DNA of 64,000 bases, from positions 1-64,000 of the IMG/VR virus record IMGVR_UViG_3300012178_000001, one strand, 5' to 3'. Under the pieces are notes generated by a model. It was not told where the DNA came from. It ran no database searches and worked only from the letters and a program-made list of their open reading frames with translations. The translations under genes were made by a program, and so were the position numbers. The DNA is from a virus. Of the stretch, positions 10,075 through 21,307 are shown one piece after another. The stretch's first letter is position 1. Every line of letters starts with the position of its first letter.

Positions 10075-10629
10075 ATGATAATTGATTATAGTGGCTTATC
10101 ACAAAAATTTATGGACAAGATGATGAGATTAGTAAAGCAAATAGATACTAGAAATCCAATTAAGAAATTTGAATTTACATATAATGAAGAACCAGTATCT
10201 GATGTAAGACCACGTAAAGGTAGACATGGGTTTTATGATCCACGTTCAAAGGAAAAGAAGAAAATGGAAAAATTTTTAAAGAAACTCATAGAAGAAAGAG
10301 ATACTGAGTATATACTTCCATTAGCTGGTAAGAAAGCACCTATTGAGGATTTACATGTAATATTCTACCTCAAACCACCTAAAAGTATATCCAACAGTAA
10401 GACAAAGAACTTTTTAGCAGAACAAGGATTCATCAAACCTGTGACTAGACCAGATAGTGATAATTACCTTAAATTTCTCATGGATGTAGGGAATGATGTT
10501 TTATGGTATGATGACTCTCAATGCTTTAATATTAAAGTAGAAAAAAGATATTCAGATAAACAACCTAGAACTGAGTGTTACATGGCATATAGAGAGGATA
10601 AAATAGACTTTAGAATATTGAATAGTTAG
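10075..10629 (+). CDS. rusA: RusA-family Holliday junction resolvase
   Basis: RPDSDNYLKFLMD...WYDDSQ catalytic motif; AACA-N6-TA at 10022-10033. Confidence 0.85.
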   Translation: MIIDYSGLSQKFMDKMMRLVKQIDTRNPIKKFEFTYNEEPVSDVRPRKGRHGFYDPRSKEKKKMEKFLKKLIEERDTEYILPLAGKKAPIEDLHVIFYLKPPKSISNSKTKNFLAEQGFIKPVTRPDSDNYLKFLMDVGNDVLWYDDSQCFNIKVEKRYSDKQPRTECYMAYREDKIDFRILNS

Positions 10630-10639
10630 GAGTGTATAT

Positions 10640-10861
10640 ATGAGTAATGATAGACGACAATATTACATATGCAATTATGATAAAGAGGATACACCTGTAG
10701 ATATAGGTGAACTATGTATAGGTAATATAGCATATTATGAGGATGTGAATGATGATGGAAGTCTTCTTAAAAGAAGTAAAAAGTTTGAGGTAAAAAGTGG
10801 AGCATATGAATATGAAGAAGGTAATCGAGCTATTGATGCTGAATTTTTAGATAGTAACTAA
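10640..10861 (+). CDS. Hypothetical protein
   Basis: AGGAG RBS; in operon. Confidence 0.65.
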   Translation: MSNDRRQYYICNYDKEDTPVDIGELCIGNIAYYEDVNDDGSLLKRSKKFEVKSGAYEYEEGNRAIDAEFLDSN

Positions 10862-10874
10862 GGAGTGATTTATA

Positions 10875-11372
10875 ATGAAGGATATAGAATTAAAATCTTC
10901 AGATGAGTTATTAAATGAGGAAGACTATGAAATTTTAGATAAAGTAATACAAATTAAAAAGCATATTATGAGTTATTATAGTAAAGAAAAGATTGTAGAT
11001 AAAATTAAAGAGATAATTATAAATTCAGAGGTGGTTAATTTCAGAAATGAAAGATCTTCAAAGTTTATATCAACTAAAAGACCCGTATTTACTCTTAAAG
11101 TAGATAAGAAAAAGTCCTATGATATTTATGATGGAGGAGATTTCTTTAATAATAAAGAAGAGGTAGATTATTTTAACAATATAATATATCACGAAGTAAT
11201 AAATAATGTAAGTACATTTTTAATAGAGTCATATAATGATATTGACGATAATATATTAGATGGTATAAGTCCTGAGAAAATTAAAGTTGCTACAGGTCTA
11301 TTATCGTCTATCTGTGGAACAAGGGTTAATAATGACGATAAGTCGTTAATAACTTTAGAATTCCTTCTTTAG
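10875..11372 (+). CDS. Hypothetical protein
   Basis: AAGGAG RBS; 165 aa. Confidence 0.7.
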   Translation: MKDIELKSSDELLNEEDYEILDKVIQIKKHIMSYYSKEKIVDKIKEIIINSEVVNFRNERSSKFISTKRPVFTLKVDKKKSYDIYDGGDFFNNKEEVDYFNNIIYHEVINNVSTFLIESYNDIDDNILDGISPEKIKVATGLLSSICGTRVNNDDKSLITLEFLL

Positions 11373-11393
11373 CTAACACTCCTACTTAGTATT

Positions 11394-11427
11394 AATTGCG
11401 TATATACCAAACGGTATATACGCAATT
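11394..11427. terminator. Bidirectional terminator between convergent genes
   Basis: AATTGCGTATATACC-aaac-GGTATATACGCAATT. Confidence 0.75.
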
Positions 11428-11433
11428 TTACTC

Positions 11434-12312
11434 TTACTTAGTTCCAATCTTACTTTCATTTCTAATATATTTAGCAAACTCATTAATATTATTAGCATTT
11501 GCATCAACTATACCCATTGTGCTAACACACTCAATAAGTGTATAATAGAATACTGTTTCAGCTAATGTCTGTTTACTATTAACCTTACTATTACCTTCAG
11601 ATTCATTAATTGACTTAGGAATACATGCTTCATAAATACTTCTAAATAATGTATTCTCATATAAATCTACTTTAAGTAAACCTTCTTCTTCTTTAATTTC
11701 TTCTTGAGACTTATTAATCCCAGATAATTCTTTCTCACGTTCAGTAACTTCTTTAACCTTCTTCTGAACATCTTTTGCAATTTTATCAATAGTACTTTCT
11801 ATAAAAGTAGAATTAACAAATTCAGTTACAAGTTCATCTTTATTATCACTTTCAGATAGTTTATTAGCATAAGTAAATACTTCGAATGCTATATCTTCTG
11901 CAATAATACTACCACTTTTAGCCATTCTATTAACAGTGATTAACTCTTGATTAAATGATTCTTTAATAAATTCATGAAGTTGATTCTCAATCTCTTTCAT
12001 ATTTTCTTCTAGATATTCTTTATCAAATAATAAAGAATTTCTAAGAGTCTCTTTAAGAACATAACCAAGTAAATCTTTTGAATAGTTCTCAGCAAGTACT
12101 CTCTTTTGTCTTAGAGCTTCTCTCTTTTGGTAGCCATTAGAATGTTTGATTCCTTCAACTATAATCATTGTTTCTTCTTCACCAATAAAGTCTTTACTTC
12201 TTTCAATTTCTAAATCAACCTCTCGTCCTTCTACTAGATTGATTAGTGTATCCTTCATCTTACTTTTCTTTTCGCCTTCTATAGTTTCATTAAGCGTAAT
12301 GTAATCAGCCAT
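11434..12312 (-). CDS. Putative virion protein
   Basis: GAAAGGGG RBS before ATG at 12312; in late structural operon; many hydrophobic-x-E motifs. Confidence 0.55.
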   Translation of the reverse strand: MADYITLNETIEGEKKSKMKDTLINLVEGREVDLEIERSKDFIGEEETMIIVEGIKHSNGYQKREALRQKRVLAENYSKDLLGYVLKETLRNSLLFDKEYLEENMKEIENQLHEFIKESFNQELITVNRMAKSGSIIAEDIAFEVFTYANKLSESDNKDELVTEFVNSTFIESTIDKIAKDVQKKVKEVTEREKELSGINKSQEEIKEEEGLLKVDLYENTLFRSIYEACIPKSINESEGNSKVNSKQTLAETVFYYTLIECVSTMGIVDANANNINEFAKYIRNESKIGTK

Positions 12313-12335
12313 TTTTAGTTCCCCTTTCAATTTTA

Positions 12336-14969
12336 TTAATAGATATAATTAAGTGTAATCCCAGAGTCTATATTTTCTCTATCAGGATTATAATCATCTG
12401 AATTTAAAGTTACATTTAGGTATTCAGGTACATAATTAATTAGTTGTTCTTTAGATAAATTATCATTAGTTGGATAAGTGTAAAGGACTTTCTGGTCAGA
12501 GCCACCATTAAGTGATTTAAATATGATATATTGGATTTCATCAAATGAATTCTCTAATTCTTGTACTAGATTAGATATTGCAAAGAATTTTGTAGAATCT
12601 CTATTAGTATTGTATACAAAATCTATTATAAATTTTTTTATCTTAGTATCTATACTGTTGGAATAATCTACAAATAATTTTATATCCAATTCCAAACTTA
12701 TATTAACACTATTAGAGTCATACTGAGTTGAAATACCAAAGGTATTTGAAGCTTTTAAATCTATCATAGTATTTTGCTCAAGTCTATCAATATTCATCTT
12801 TAGTATATCAATATAGTGGTCTAACTGTGTGTATATATCCTTGTAATTATCATAGCTATAAAAATAATGGTCACCAATTCCCATAACTCCATTTATCATA
12901 TCAATCGCAGTATTATCACTACTTGCAAGTACTAAATTTTGAACTGAACTTAAGTCACTATAAAATTCAATGTGATCAATAGTATTCTTAACAACAGTAG
13001 TAGTATAGTCTCCTATATCACTCATAGAATTAAATGAATTGAATTTAAATGTATTCACTCCATCATTATATAATATACCTAATTCTATAGTTATATCTTC
13101 ACTAATACTTAATTCAGGTATAGATACATTAGAGAAATCATATACCGAGTTTGTAATAGTTAAGTCTCCATTCTCATCATAAACATTATTAGTAGTTAAT
13201 GTAGCTGTGTAAGTTAATTCAGTAGGACTATCTAATGTAAAGTCAAAATACCCTAACTCATTATCATTGTCCTTTAGAACTGCTCTCATTTTTACTTTTT
13301 TATCATTATATGAGTTAGCTTCAGTTCCTATAACATCATCAATTGGTAAATTTGTGTTAAGACTGAATTTGATTGTATACTCGTCATCCACTAGAGAGTC
13401 TCTCTTAATATTAAAATCATTAATTATAAACTCTGCATTAATTGATGGATTGATGTAGCTATTTTCTAGATTAAATGTCTTATCAATACTATCATTTATA
13501 GATGTCACCATAGGAAATGGGTTTATTCTAATCTCTAATAAGAAAGGTGTGACATATACATACTCATAATTGGCACGAAGATCAGCCTCAGTTTCTATGT
13601 CTAATTTCAGTCTATAACTTCCTTCTACATCATCATATAACATTAAACTACCCGTGGGTATCTGTACTCTATCTTGAGTTAGATCAAGATTATCTATAAA
13701 TAAATCGAATGTGTTTGATGGTATTATATTATTATTACTATCTTTCATGAATATATATGATGAAACAATTCTCTTAATTATATCATCACGCTTTTTAATA
13801 AATTGTATTTCTCCACGATTGATATTAGTTAAATTTGTTAAGGTATTAAAGTAGTTGTTAAGGTCATTTTCAGTAATAATACTATTACGTGTAAGATAAT
13901 TCTTAATCAAATCTTGTTTTATCTCCATTAGTGTCATCTTATCTTTTCCATCTGTTGAGTCGCTAATTGGTATTACTAATACCTGGACTGTTTCTAACTT
14001 TGAGTCTTCAAAGCTGTAATATATATCACCACTAAAACTAAAATTACATTCAGAACCTTTAGTTGTATAATACTCCACATTAAGGCTAGAATTAAATTTA
14101 GGTTTAAATGCAGTAGGTAATGTTGAAAAGAATACTTGTAAATTCTCATCATCAGTAAATGTGTAATAGCAATACTCGTCATCATCAGGTATAAAGGTAC
14201 TATTAAAATACTTATTTATTATATTATCCTCATCATTGTGAATGTAGTGCGGGAAAAAGTCTACTAATTGTGAGTCAATATTTATGTCATAGAATATATT
14301 CTCAGTTACATCATCAGAATATATATCAAATACTTTCTCGTGCTTAGTCATATTAAAGATATTAGCTATTATAAATATCATATCATTTTCAATCCACATC
14401 TTTAGATAAGGGTCTGTCAATTCATTTATAATTTCCTTCTCACCATCAATATCATATCTTGCGGATAATGCATAACTGCCATCATCACCTTTAGTACCTA
14501 TTATCAGTATATCATACTCGAGCATATACTTATACTCATCTACATTAAAGTAATTACTATTATCTATTCTAAATATTATAACATCGTCATTATACTCATT
14601 AGTTATAGAACTACTCAATTTCTCATCTTCAGCTATATGTACTGAATTATTAATAATATCATCCTTACCTATAGAAACACTTACTGTCATTCTAGCGGGA
14701 TTTCCACCCTTTATTTCATAGTTTTGTAATATTGCTTCATTATATATGGTGTGAGGCAGTGATGCTGTATTTAACGAAACCTCATTCATTATCATATTCT
14801 TATGATAGTGACTATTTCTAACAGTCTTACTCATTACTTCATTAATATACCCAAATAGACTTGTCTTTAATGTATTAACATCTTCAACATCCATATATTT
14901 AGGTGCAATATTATTTAACCAATCTTCCATTATATCATATGATTCATTCAATATTAAATCATTCGACAT
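12336..14969 (-). CDS. Baseplate wedge subunit (T4 gp6-like)
   Basis: 877 aa; N-terminal EVSLNTASLPHTIY, VEYYTTKGSECN, DGKD...EIK...TRNSIITENDL pattern of gp6/BpJ proteins. Confidence 0.7.
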   Translation of the reverse strand: MSNDLILNESYDIMEDWLNNIAPKYMDVEDVNTLKTSLFGYINEVMSKTVRNSHYHKNMIMNEVSLNTASLPHTIYNEAILQNYEIKGGNPARMTVSVSIGKDDIINNSVHIAEDEKLSSSITNEYNDDVIIFRIDNSNYFNVDEYKYMLEYDILIIGTKGDDGSYALSARYDIDGEKEIINELTDPYLKMWIENDMIFIIANIFNMTKHEKVFDIYSDDVTENIFYDINIDSQLVDFFPHYIHNDEDNIINKYFNSTFIPDDDEYCYYTFTDDENLQVFFSTLPTAFKPKFNSSLNVEYYTTKGSECNFSFSGDIYYSFEDSKLETVQVLVIPISDSTDGKDKMTLMEIKQDLIKNYLTRNSIITENDLNNYFNTLTNLTNINRGEIQFIKKRDDIIKRIVSSYIFMKDSNNNIIPSNTFDLFIDNLDLTQDRVQIPTGSLMLYDDVEGSYRLKLDIETEADLRANYEYVYVTPFLLEIRINPFPMVTSINDSIDKTFNLENSYINPSINAEFIINDFNIKRDSLVDDEYTIKFSLNTNLPIDDVIGTEANSYNDKKVKMRAVLKDNDNELGYFDFTLDSPTELTYTATLTTNNVYDENGDLTITNSVYDFSNVSIPELSISEDITIELGILYNDGVNTFKFNSFNSMSDIGDYTTTVVKNTIDHIEFYSDLSSVQNLVLASSDNTAIDMINGVMGIGDHYFYSYDNYKDIYTQLDHYIDILKMNIDRLEQNTMIDLKASNTFGISTQYDSNSVNISLELDIKLFVDYSNSIDTKIKKFIIDFVYNTNRDSTKFFAISNLVQELENSFDEIQYIIFKSLNGGSDQKVLYTYPTNDNLSKEQLINYVPEYLNVTLNSDDYNPDRENIDSGITLNYIY

Positions 14970-14991
14970 TATATTACACTCCCTTTCTTAA

Positions 14992-16368
14992 TTATTTGAA
15001 CATTAGCTTAAATACAGGTTTACCATCATCATTTTTATCAGTGGCAATAAATGGTGTTGAAAAAACACCCTTATCAAACCCTATTCCTTTTTCATTAGGA
15101 ATATCACTAAGTTCTCTTATACTTATATCTGAAGGATTTATATTTCCTTTACCTATAAAACTCAAATTCAATATATCTCTAATGGACACCTTAGTCATAT
15201 CTGTACTACCTAGAGATACTTTATTAAAATCTAACAGTGTATCTGGTTCCATATCTTCTTTATAACTATATGCATACTGTATAGATGGTTTAATTGATTC
15301 AACCTCACCTTTTTGACCTCCAAATGCACTATATGGAGCAGATATTGGTGCTACTCCTACATACTTAGACCAATATTGTATAGTCTCACCATCTGGTGTT
15401 AATGAGAAGTAATATATAGATGATAAGTATTCAAGTTCCCTATTAGCTACACTCTCTGCACTAGGTACAACTTCTCCAAATCTTACCTTTTCAATATAAT
15501 CTAACCATGCCTTATGAAGTTTAGTTATAATTCCTCCACTAATTTCATCATATTCTATAGAAAATGTTCCTCCATTAATACTATTTATTACTGAGATAGG
15601 TTGATTTATTTTATAGCCCTTCCATGTCTCATTCATTTCCTTTGTTCTCATAACTTGATCTTGTGTTTCAAATCCTTTATATCTATTAGTTATTAATTTT
15701 ATAAACATTGATGGATTTCTAGATGATTTATCTGAGAGCATATGCAATATCTCAGGATTAGTACTCTCTAATAATTTAAAGAATGCGTTATTATCAATAT
15801 TTAATCTATAACTATCGCCAGACTCTGGAACTAAATTCAATCTAGGTTTAGTTATAAATATATAGTTAACTCCCTTAAGTGCAAAATCTGTATTGGAGTT
15901 ATACTTATTATACTTATTAAACATATCTATCTCATCTATTTCCATTTGTGCATTCTTACCAAATATTCTTCCGTTTATAGAGTTCTCTAATTTAGGTAAT
16001 ATCTTAAGTACTTCCTCATAATCTCCACCTCTAAAGGATTCTAAATTAGTAGCTCTAACACCTCTATTGGTTGTAGTGAATCCTCTATCTGTTCCCATAG
16101 CTAATGAACTTGGTTCAGGACTTGAATCTGGTATAAATTCTGTTTCCTCTATCTGTTTTTGCGGTTTAACGTTAGAATCATTACTGTTATCCTCAATCAC
16201 AGGCTCAGGCTCAGGGTCATTATTGATAGTAATTGACTGCCCTGGATATATTAAGCTTGCATTTTCAATCTGAGGATTTAAAGCTAGTAATTGATTTAAA
16301 TCTAAACCATTAGCACTTGCTATTTTCCATAATGAATCTCCACTCTTAACTGTATATTTAGAAGCCAT
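14992..16368 (-). CDS. LysM-domain tail-tube-fold baseplate protein
   Basis: N-terminal LysM (YTVKSGDSLWKIA...LLALNPQI...LIYPGQSI); C-terminal FSIEYDE...HKAWLDYI...YWSKYVGVAPIS resembles the tube/gp54 fold; late promoter at 16431-16442 (-). Confidence 0.7.
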   Translation of the reverse strand: MASKYTVKSGDSLWKIASANGLDLNQLLALNPQIENASLIYPGQSITINNDPEPEPVIEDNSNDSNVKPQKQIEETEFIPDSSPEPSSLAMGTDRGFTTTNRGVRATNLESFRGGDYEEVLKILPKLENSINGRIFGKNAQMEIDEIDMFNKYNKYNSNTDFALKGVNYIFITKPRLNLVPESGDSYRLNIDNNAFFKLLESTNPEILHMLSDKSSRNPSMFIKLITNRYKGFETQDQVMRTKEMNETWKGYKINQPISVINSINGGTFSIEYDEISGGIITKLHKAWLDYIEKVRFGEVVPSAESVANRELEYLSSIYYFSLTPDGETIQYWSKYVGVAPISAPYSAFGGQKGEVESIKPSIQYAYSYKEDMEPDTLLDFNKVSLGSTDMTKVSIRDILNLSFIGKGNINPSDISIRELSDIPNEKGIGFDKGVFSTPFIATDKNDDGKPVFKLMFK

Positions 16369-16430
16369 AATTAAACTCCTTTCTTTTCTATTAAATTTGT
16401 ATTTACATACAACATCCGTTATTTTCCTTA

Positions 16431-16504
16431 TAATTAAATGTTACATTTATATTTTTTATTGAAATTCTAATTTTTAGTTAAAAATATAACAAAACATTAT
16501 ATTA
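16431..16504. promoter_or_regulatory. Divergent pair of AACA-N6-TA late promoters
   Basis: AACATTTAATTA on - strand (16431-16442) and AACATTATATTA on + strand (16493-16504). Confidence 0.65.
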
Positions 16505-16552
16505 AATAAGTAAACATGCTAATATATAAAGAATATAGAAAGGAGAACATAT

Positions 16553-17878
16553 ATGTTTCATATAGGTAATATGATCGATTTAGTAAGTAGTATGAAAGAT
16601 ATGATTACTAATGGCAGTGGAAAAAATTCCTCTGATAAAATCAATGGTAAATTCCTAGATTTATTTGATAAAGATGTCAAAAGCATTAATAGACGTGCTA
16701 AAAATAATATCTTTCAATTCCCATTGCTTGTAAGTGATAATATTGAGAAAGAAACATTAAACAACTTTAGACGTGCGTCTGAACGTGAATACGCATCATT
16801 AATTCAGTATGTAATTGCTGGAGATGATTTAGTAGACATTGATGATAAAAAATCTAAAGAAGAATGGTTAAAGAGTTTTCACCGTAACCATGATATTAGT
16901 ACATCACCAAGTAAAAGTGATGTAGTAGATTTAAGAGGTTTAGTTAATAGTCACCTTAAAGAGGGAACAAGATTGTTTGATGACTTAGAGTCATTACTAG
17001 AAGGTAACTTAGCAGAATTTAGAGATTCTGAAATTGAATTACTTAATAGAAAACAGTTAGTTCCATTTAAGGAACAGTTAACTAATGGTAATATTAATGA
17101 TATGACTATTAAGAAGATAACAATATTAGGGGAAGATGGTGAGGAAGATAATGAGAATATAGGAGATAAACATAAACGTCTCAAATATCAACTTGACTAT
17201 GACCAAGCTACTAAAGGTGTCTCATCTACTAAAATAGATGATGATGATATTAAAGCTCTTAATAGAAAAGTTCCCACTAAGTTAGAATTATATTTAGACT
17301 ATAAAACTGATGGTGCATTTAAATCAACTAAGTTAATACTGGGTATCAGTTGTGTTAGTCATTTAATTCCTACAGATGAGATGATGTATTTCATTTCTAA
17401 ATCTATTGCTGAAGATAACTTTATATTCCGTACAATACAATGGACTACAGGTGAGATTGAATTCTTTAAAGACTTCATTCTTTCATTAGATAGAATTAAA
17501 TATGAGAATTCTAAACTAAGTAGTGGTTCATCAAAATGGTGGCATCATTTAAGACAATTAGGTAAGAAAAGTACTCTTAATAGTTTCTTTAATAAGAATG
17601 ACTTTATACCAAATGCAACAATGGCATTAACTATGGCAGAAGTAGAGCACATGAAGAATGTCAATGGTGTTAGTGTTATGGATAATGCTGGTAGATTACT
17701 AGATACATTCTTTTTAATGAGATTAGTTATCTTAGACGATATTAGTGAGGTTGCATACTACTTTAATGATGATACAAATGATTGGAGTAGATATTCATAT
17801 AATGAGTTATTCCGTGGCGATAAGTCAGGTAGTGGAAGTGAAATTAAAGCCCTAGTGGATTTAATTAGTAATAGATAA
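16553..17878 (+). CDS. Putative virion structural protein
   Basis: 441 aa; AAGGAG RBS; late promoter; structural neighbourhood. Confidence 0.6.
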   Translation: MFHIGNMIDLVSSMKDMITNGSGKNSSDKINGKFLDLFDKDVKSINRRAKNNIFQFPLLVSDNIEKETLNNFRRASEREYASLIQYVIAGDDLVDIDDKKSKEEWLKSFHRNHDISTSPSKSDVVDLRGLVNSHLKEGTRLFDDLESLLEGNLAEFRDSEIELLNRKQLVPFKEQLTNGNINDMTIKKITILGEDGEEDNENIGDKHKRLKYQLDYDQATKGVSSTKIDDDDIKALNRKVPTKLELYLDYKTDGAFKSTKLILGISCVSHLIPTDEMMYFISKSIAEDNFIFRTIQWTTGEIEFFKDFILSLDRIKYENSKLSSGSSKWWHHLRQLGKKSTLNSFFNKNDFIPNATMALTMAEVEHMKNVNGVSVMDNAGRLLDTFFLMRLVILDDISEVAYYFNDDTNDWSRYSYNELFRGDKSGSGSEIKALVDLISNR

Positions 17879-17888
17879 GAAAGGAGTA

Positions 17889-18857
17889 GTGAAACGGATG
17901 ATATTAGATGAAGCATTAGAAGCTAGCACCTTAGAGCAGTTTCTTGAGGGTGTAGTAACTAAAAAAGGTTATGATGCAGTAAGATATAGTAAGCTTAATG
18001 AGTCTGATAAAGAACAGATGAAAGGTAATCTTATTAATAAAGTATTTGAAAGTGTTAAATCAAAATCACTTAATATTGATTATGGATATATTAAAAAATC
18101 TAATGGAGATATAGAAAGACTTAAACATTATGATGATTTAAAGGATTCAATCGATATGTTAGATTCTTTATATAGAAAAGATGAAAATGCCTTAAATGAT
18201 GTTCCTGAATTGCAAAAAGCTCTTAAGAATATTATTTATTACAAGAAAGATTTCATGAGAGCATTTAAAAATAACAATACTCTTGTAATTATGTTCTATA
18301 ACAATATAGTTGCAGGTTTATTATATACAACATCTGTTATTATAGCAGAATATGTAGAGCACATTAAAGAAGCAAATGGCATGTTAACACCTAAGTTTAA
18401 AGAGATTGATAAACAACCTAAGGGATTATTCCTAAATAACTTAAAGTCTTTTAATAAGATGGTTATTAATGGTAAGTTTGAAAGCTTCCTTAAATCAGAT
18501 GGTGAACAACTTACAGGAGGTACATTAATAGGTGTCTCTGTATTAGCAGTTATGGTAGCGTTATGGTTAATTAGAGAAATAGTATTTATCTTTTTATATA
18601 TGAGAAATACAATTTCAGATTACTTAATGCAATTATCATATTTTGTAGAATTAAATTCACAGAAGTTATCATTAAACGGTAACGACAAAGTTGTTGAGAA
18701 ACAAGAAAAAGTAGCAGAGAAGTTAGTAAAGTTATCTGACAAGATATCAGTGGATTCAAGAGTTTCTACTAATAAAGGTTTAAATGAATTGCAACGAGAT
18801 AACAAAGAATTAAATATTGACGATTTAAATAGCGTTAATAATAGTGATTTATTATAG
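17889..18857 (+). CDS. Putative virion protein with one hydrophobic segment
   Basis: GTG start after AAAGGAG; LIGVSVLAVMVALWLI segment; N-terminal LDE/ALE/FLE motifs. Confidence 0.6.
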   Translation: MKRMILDEALEASTLEQFLEGVVTKKGYDAVRYSKLNESDKEQMKGNLINKVFESVKSKSLNIDYGYIKKSNGDIERLKHYDDLKDSIDMLDSLYRKDENALNDVPELQKALKNIIYYKKDFMRAFKNNNTLVIMFYNNIVAGLLYTTSVIIAEYVEHIKEANGMLTPKFKEIDKQPKGLFLNNLKSFNKMVINGKFESFLKSDGEQLTGGTLIGVSVLAVMVALWLIREIVFIFLYMRNTISDYLMQLSYFVELNSQKLSLNGNDKVVEKQEKVAEKLVKLSDKISVDSRVSTNKGLNELQRDNKELNIDDLNSVNNSDLL

Positions 18858-18943
18858 TTAGATTAATAACATAATATTAATAAATCCAAATGTTGAATTT
18901 TAATAGATTAATCGATTATAGGAAAAGAAAGGGGACATATTAT

Positions 18944-19927
18944 ATGTTTTTACATGAAAATACTAAGATCAATGAGGACTTAAAATTAGAAAACGTATCT
19001 GCTCTTTTAGAGGATACAGATGAAATGAACAAGATTGAGAAGAGATACGAGGGTTTAACTTTCTCTGAAACTCAATTACAAATTGAATTAGAATCAGAAA
19101 GATTCTTTAGTGGCTTAAACATGTCAATGGTGTTAGCTGAACATACAGCTATCGTAAATGAAAATGCTGAGTTATTAAATGAGGCTTCTGCTGACTATTT
19201 CCAAAAAGTTAAGGATTTCTTTGAAACTTTAGTTAGAAAAGTTAAAGAATTCTTCAAGAAGATTGGTGGAGTTCTTAAGAAGTTAGGCGGTAAGGTTAAG
19301 AATGCACTTAATAAGGTAAAAGATGTTGCATCTGGTATCAAATTCAAGTTCAAATCTACTGCTTATGAAAATGTTATTAATGGTTCTTTTAGTGTTCCTG
19401 ATTTCAAAATCCCTTCTAAGTTAACTGCTTTCGATAAAGAAAGAATTGATAGTAAGCGTGCTTTAGAAGAATTAGGATTCAAGAAGTTAGAAAATGCTGG
19501 AGCAATCAAAGATGAAATGTTAGGTAAGCAAAGATCTGATTTAGATATTAATTCTGGAATGATTAAAAATGCTCAAAAAGTATTAGACAAGTTCGATGCA
19601 TTTACTAAGAAGATTGAAACTTATGAAAAAGCAACTAACCAAGTTTTAGATAGAGCACTTAAAATTGCTAACAAAGGTTTATCTGTTAAGAAAGGTGAAG
19701 AAGCTACTAAGTATAAGATTCTTTTAGATAATTCTAAGATGATTTCTTCTACACTTAACACATTAACTTCATCTGCTACAAAGGCAGTTGTTACAGCTAC
19801 TAATAATGCTTATGCAATTATTAATGCTGGTGTAAAAGCTACAAAAGTTGAAAGACCTGGCAGAGGTGGAGATAAGAAAAAGAATGAATCAGGTATATTA
19901 TCAACATTCGGTTTTGAAACTGAGTAA
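18944..19927 (+). CDS. Putative internal head protein with acidic propeptide
   Basis: AAAGGGG RBS before ATG 18944; acidic N-terminus ending LLNE/A, then Lys-rich body; own late promoter 18868-18879. Confidence 0.6.
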   Translation: MFLHENTKINEDLKLENVSALLEDTDEMNKIEKRYEGLTFSETQLQIELESERFFSGLNMSMVLAEHTAIVNENAELLNEASADYFQKVKDFFETLVRKVKEFFKKIGGVLKKLGGKVKNALNKVKDVASGIKFKFKSTAYENVINGSFSVPDFKIPSKLTAFDKERIDSKRALEELGFKKLENAGAIKDEMLGKQRSDLDINSGMIKNAQKVLDKFDAFTKKIETYEKATNQVLDRALKIANKGLSVKKGEEATKYKILLDNSKMISSTLNTLTSSATKAVVTATNNAYAIINAGVKATKVERPGRGGDKKKNESGILSTFGFETE

Positions 19928-19944
19928 TATAACTGTATATAAAA

Positions 19945-19980
19945 ATAATGACATAATACTTAATTGTATTATGTCATTAT
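19945..19980. terminator. Bidirectional terminator
   Basis: ATAATGACATAATAC-ttaatt-GTATTATGTCATTAT between convergent genes. Confidence 0.7.
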
Positions 19981-19984
19981 TATT

Positions 19985-21271
19985 TTATTCTATAATCTTT
20001 TCGAATATACATACTCCCATTAAAGAGAATCTACTCCCATCACCAGTAGCATTCTTAACACCAAAATTATATCTAACTTCAGAGAGTTGATATTCTCCAT
20101 TATATGGTACATAATCTGCATTAGTATACGTTATAATATATTTCTTATTAGGTGTAATAAAATCTAACTCAACTCCAGCAATAGGAACTATTAATTTATA
20201 AGAACTACGCTTAGAGTCTCTTATAAATGAATTCATAACATAAGGATTATCCATAGCAGTATTAATATACACTTGTTCCTTATCTTTAGCCATATTCTTA
20301 TCACTTGCATTAGTCCACTTATGTTTTCCACTCTTTATAGTTGTTGTTTGCGTATTCTCTAAGAATGTTATCTTCTCTCCATTTATTTCTCTATTACTTA
20401 TACCATCCATTACAATACTACCTAATGATGGAACTTTTATCCTATATGTACTATTTTCATCATCTATAAAACTACCCATAGATGTGTCCACAGAGGTGTC
20501 ATTAGAATCAACCATAGTTATATGAACATTAGGATACTCACTAGGTGCAACAATTGGATTACTAACATCATTAGATATACAGTAATATCTATTGAATCCA
20601 AAAAATAGTTTCAATCCATTATTATATATACCGTAATATGACTGTAAATAACTCATAGTATTCACTATATTCATAGATGGTAGTAATATATCATTATATA
20701 TTTTCCAATTATCAGGTTTTTGAAGTAGTATTCCCTTATTTATACTTTTATTAAAGCTATACATCATAGCATTAAATATATTTGTGGACTTCAATACTTT
20801 AGATAGTACAACCTTATTCGACATTAAATGGTCACTGAGCATAAAATCTATATCCACTGTAAAGTTAGGATTATGTGTATCTTCTACATTATTTTGTGCA
20901 TTCACCAAGTCAAATTCAAAGTCTATTGGATATAATGTTACATTCTTAAGGTATGATGATGTTAGTCTATATGATTCATTATCATCTCTACTTCCAACCT
21001 TTATCTTTTCAGATGAGAATAAAAACTTACCTTCTTCTAACCCAGTTTGTAGTTCTATTAATAATGGTCTACTTAATACCATGCTTACACTTATTATTGG
21101 GAATACATATTCGTTAAATGAGAATAAATTCATTATGTTATTTATATATCCCTCTAGCTGTAATTTCTCACCATCTTTAGATATGAATAATAGTTTTATA
21201 TTATAGTCATGAATATTATACTTACTAAGACTCGTATTATCTAAATAATCATTATTTAGTATATTCTTCAT
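19985..21271 (-). CDS. Putative baseplate hub protein
   Basis: 428 aa beta-rich; C-terminal ITPNKKY...YNGEYQLSEVRY resembles hub proteins. Confidence 0.45.
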   Translation of the reverse strand: MKNILNNDYLDNTSLSKYNIHDYNIKLLFISKDGEKLQLEGYINNIMNLFSFNEYVFPIISVSMVLSRPLLIELQTGLEEGKFLFSSEKIKVGSRDDNESYRLTSSYLKNVTLYPIDFEFDLVNAQNNVEDTHNPNFTVDIDFMLSDHLMSNKVVLSKVLKSTNIFNAMMYSFNKSINKGILLQKPDNWKIYNDILLPSMNIVNTMSYLQSYYGIYNNGLKLFFGFNRYYCISNDVSNPIVAPSEYPNVHITMVDSNDTSVDTSMGSFIDDENSTYRIKVPSLGSIVMDGISNREINGEKITFLENTQTTTIKSGKHKWTNASDKNMAKDKEQVYINTAMDNPYVMNSFIRDSKRSSYKLIVPIAGVELDFITPNKKYIITYTNADYVPYNGEYQLSEVRYNFGVKNATGDGSRFSLMGVCIFEKIIE

Positions 21272-21307
21272 TAATTCTTACCACCTTTCAAAAAAAAAAA
21301 GAGAGGT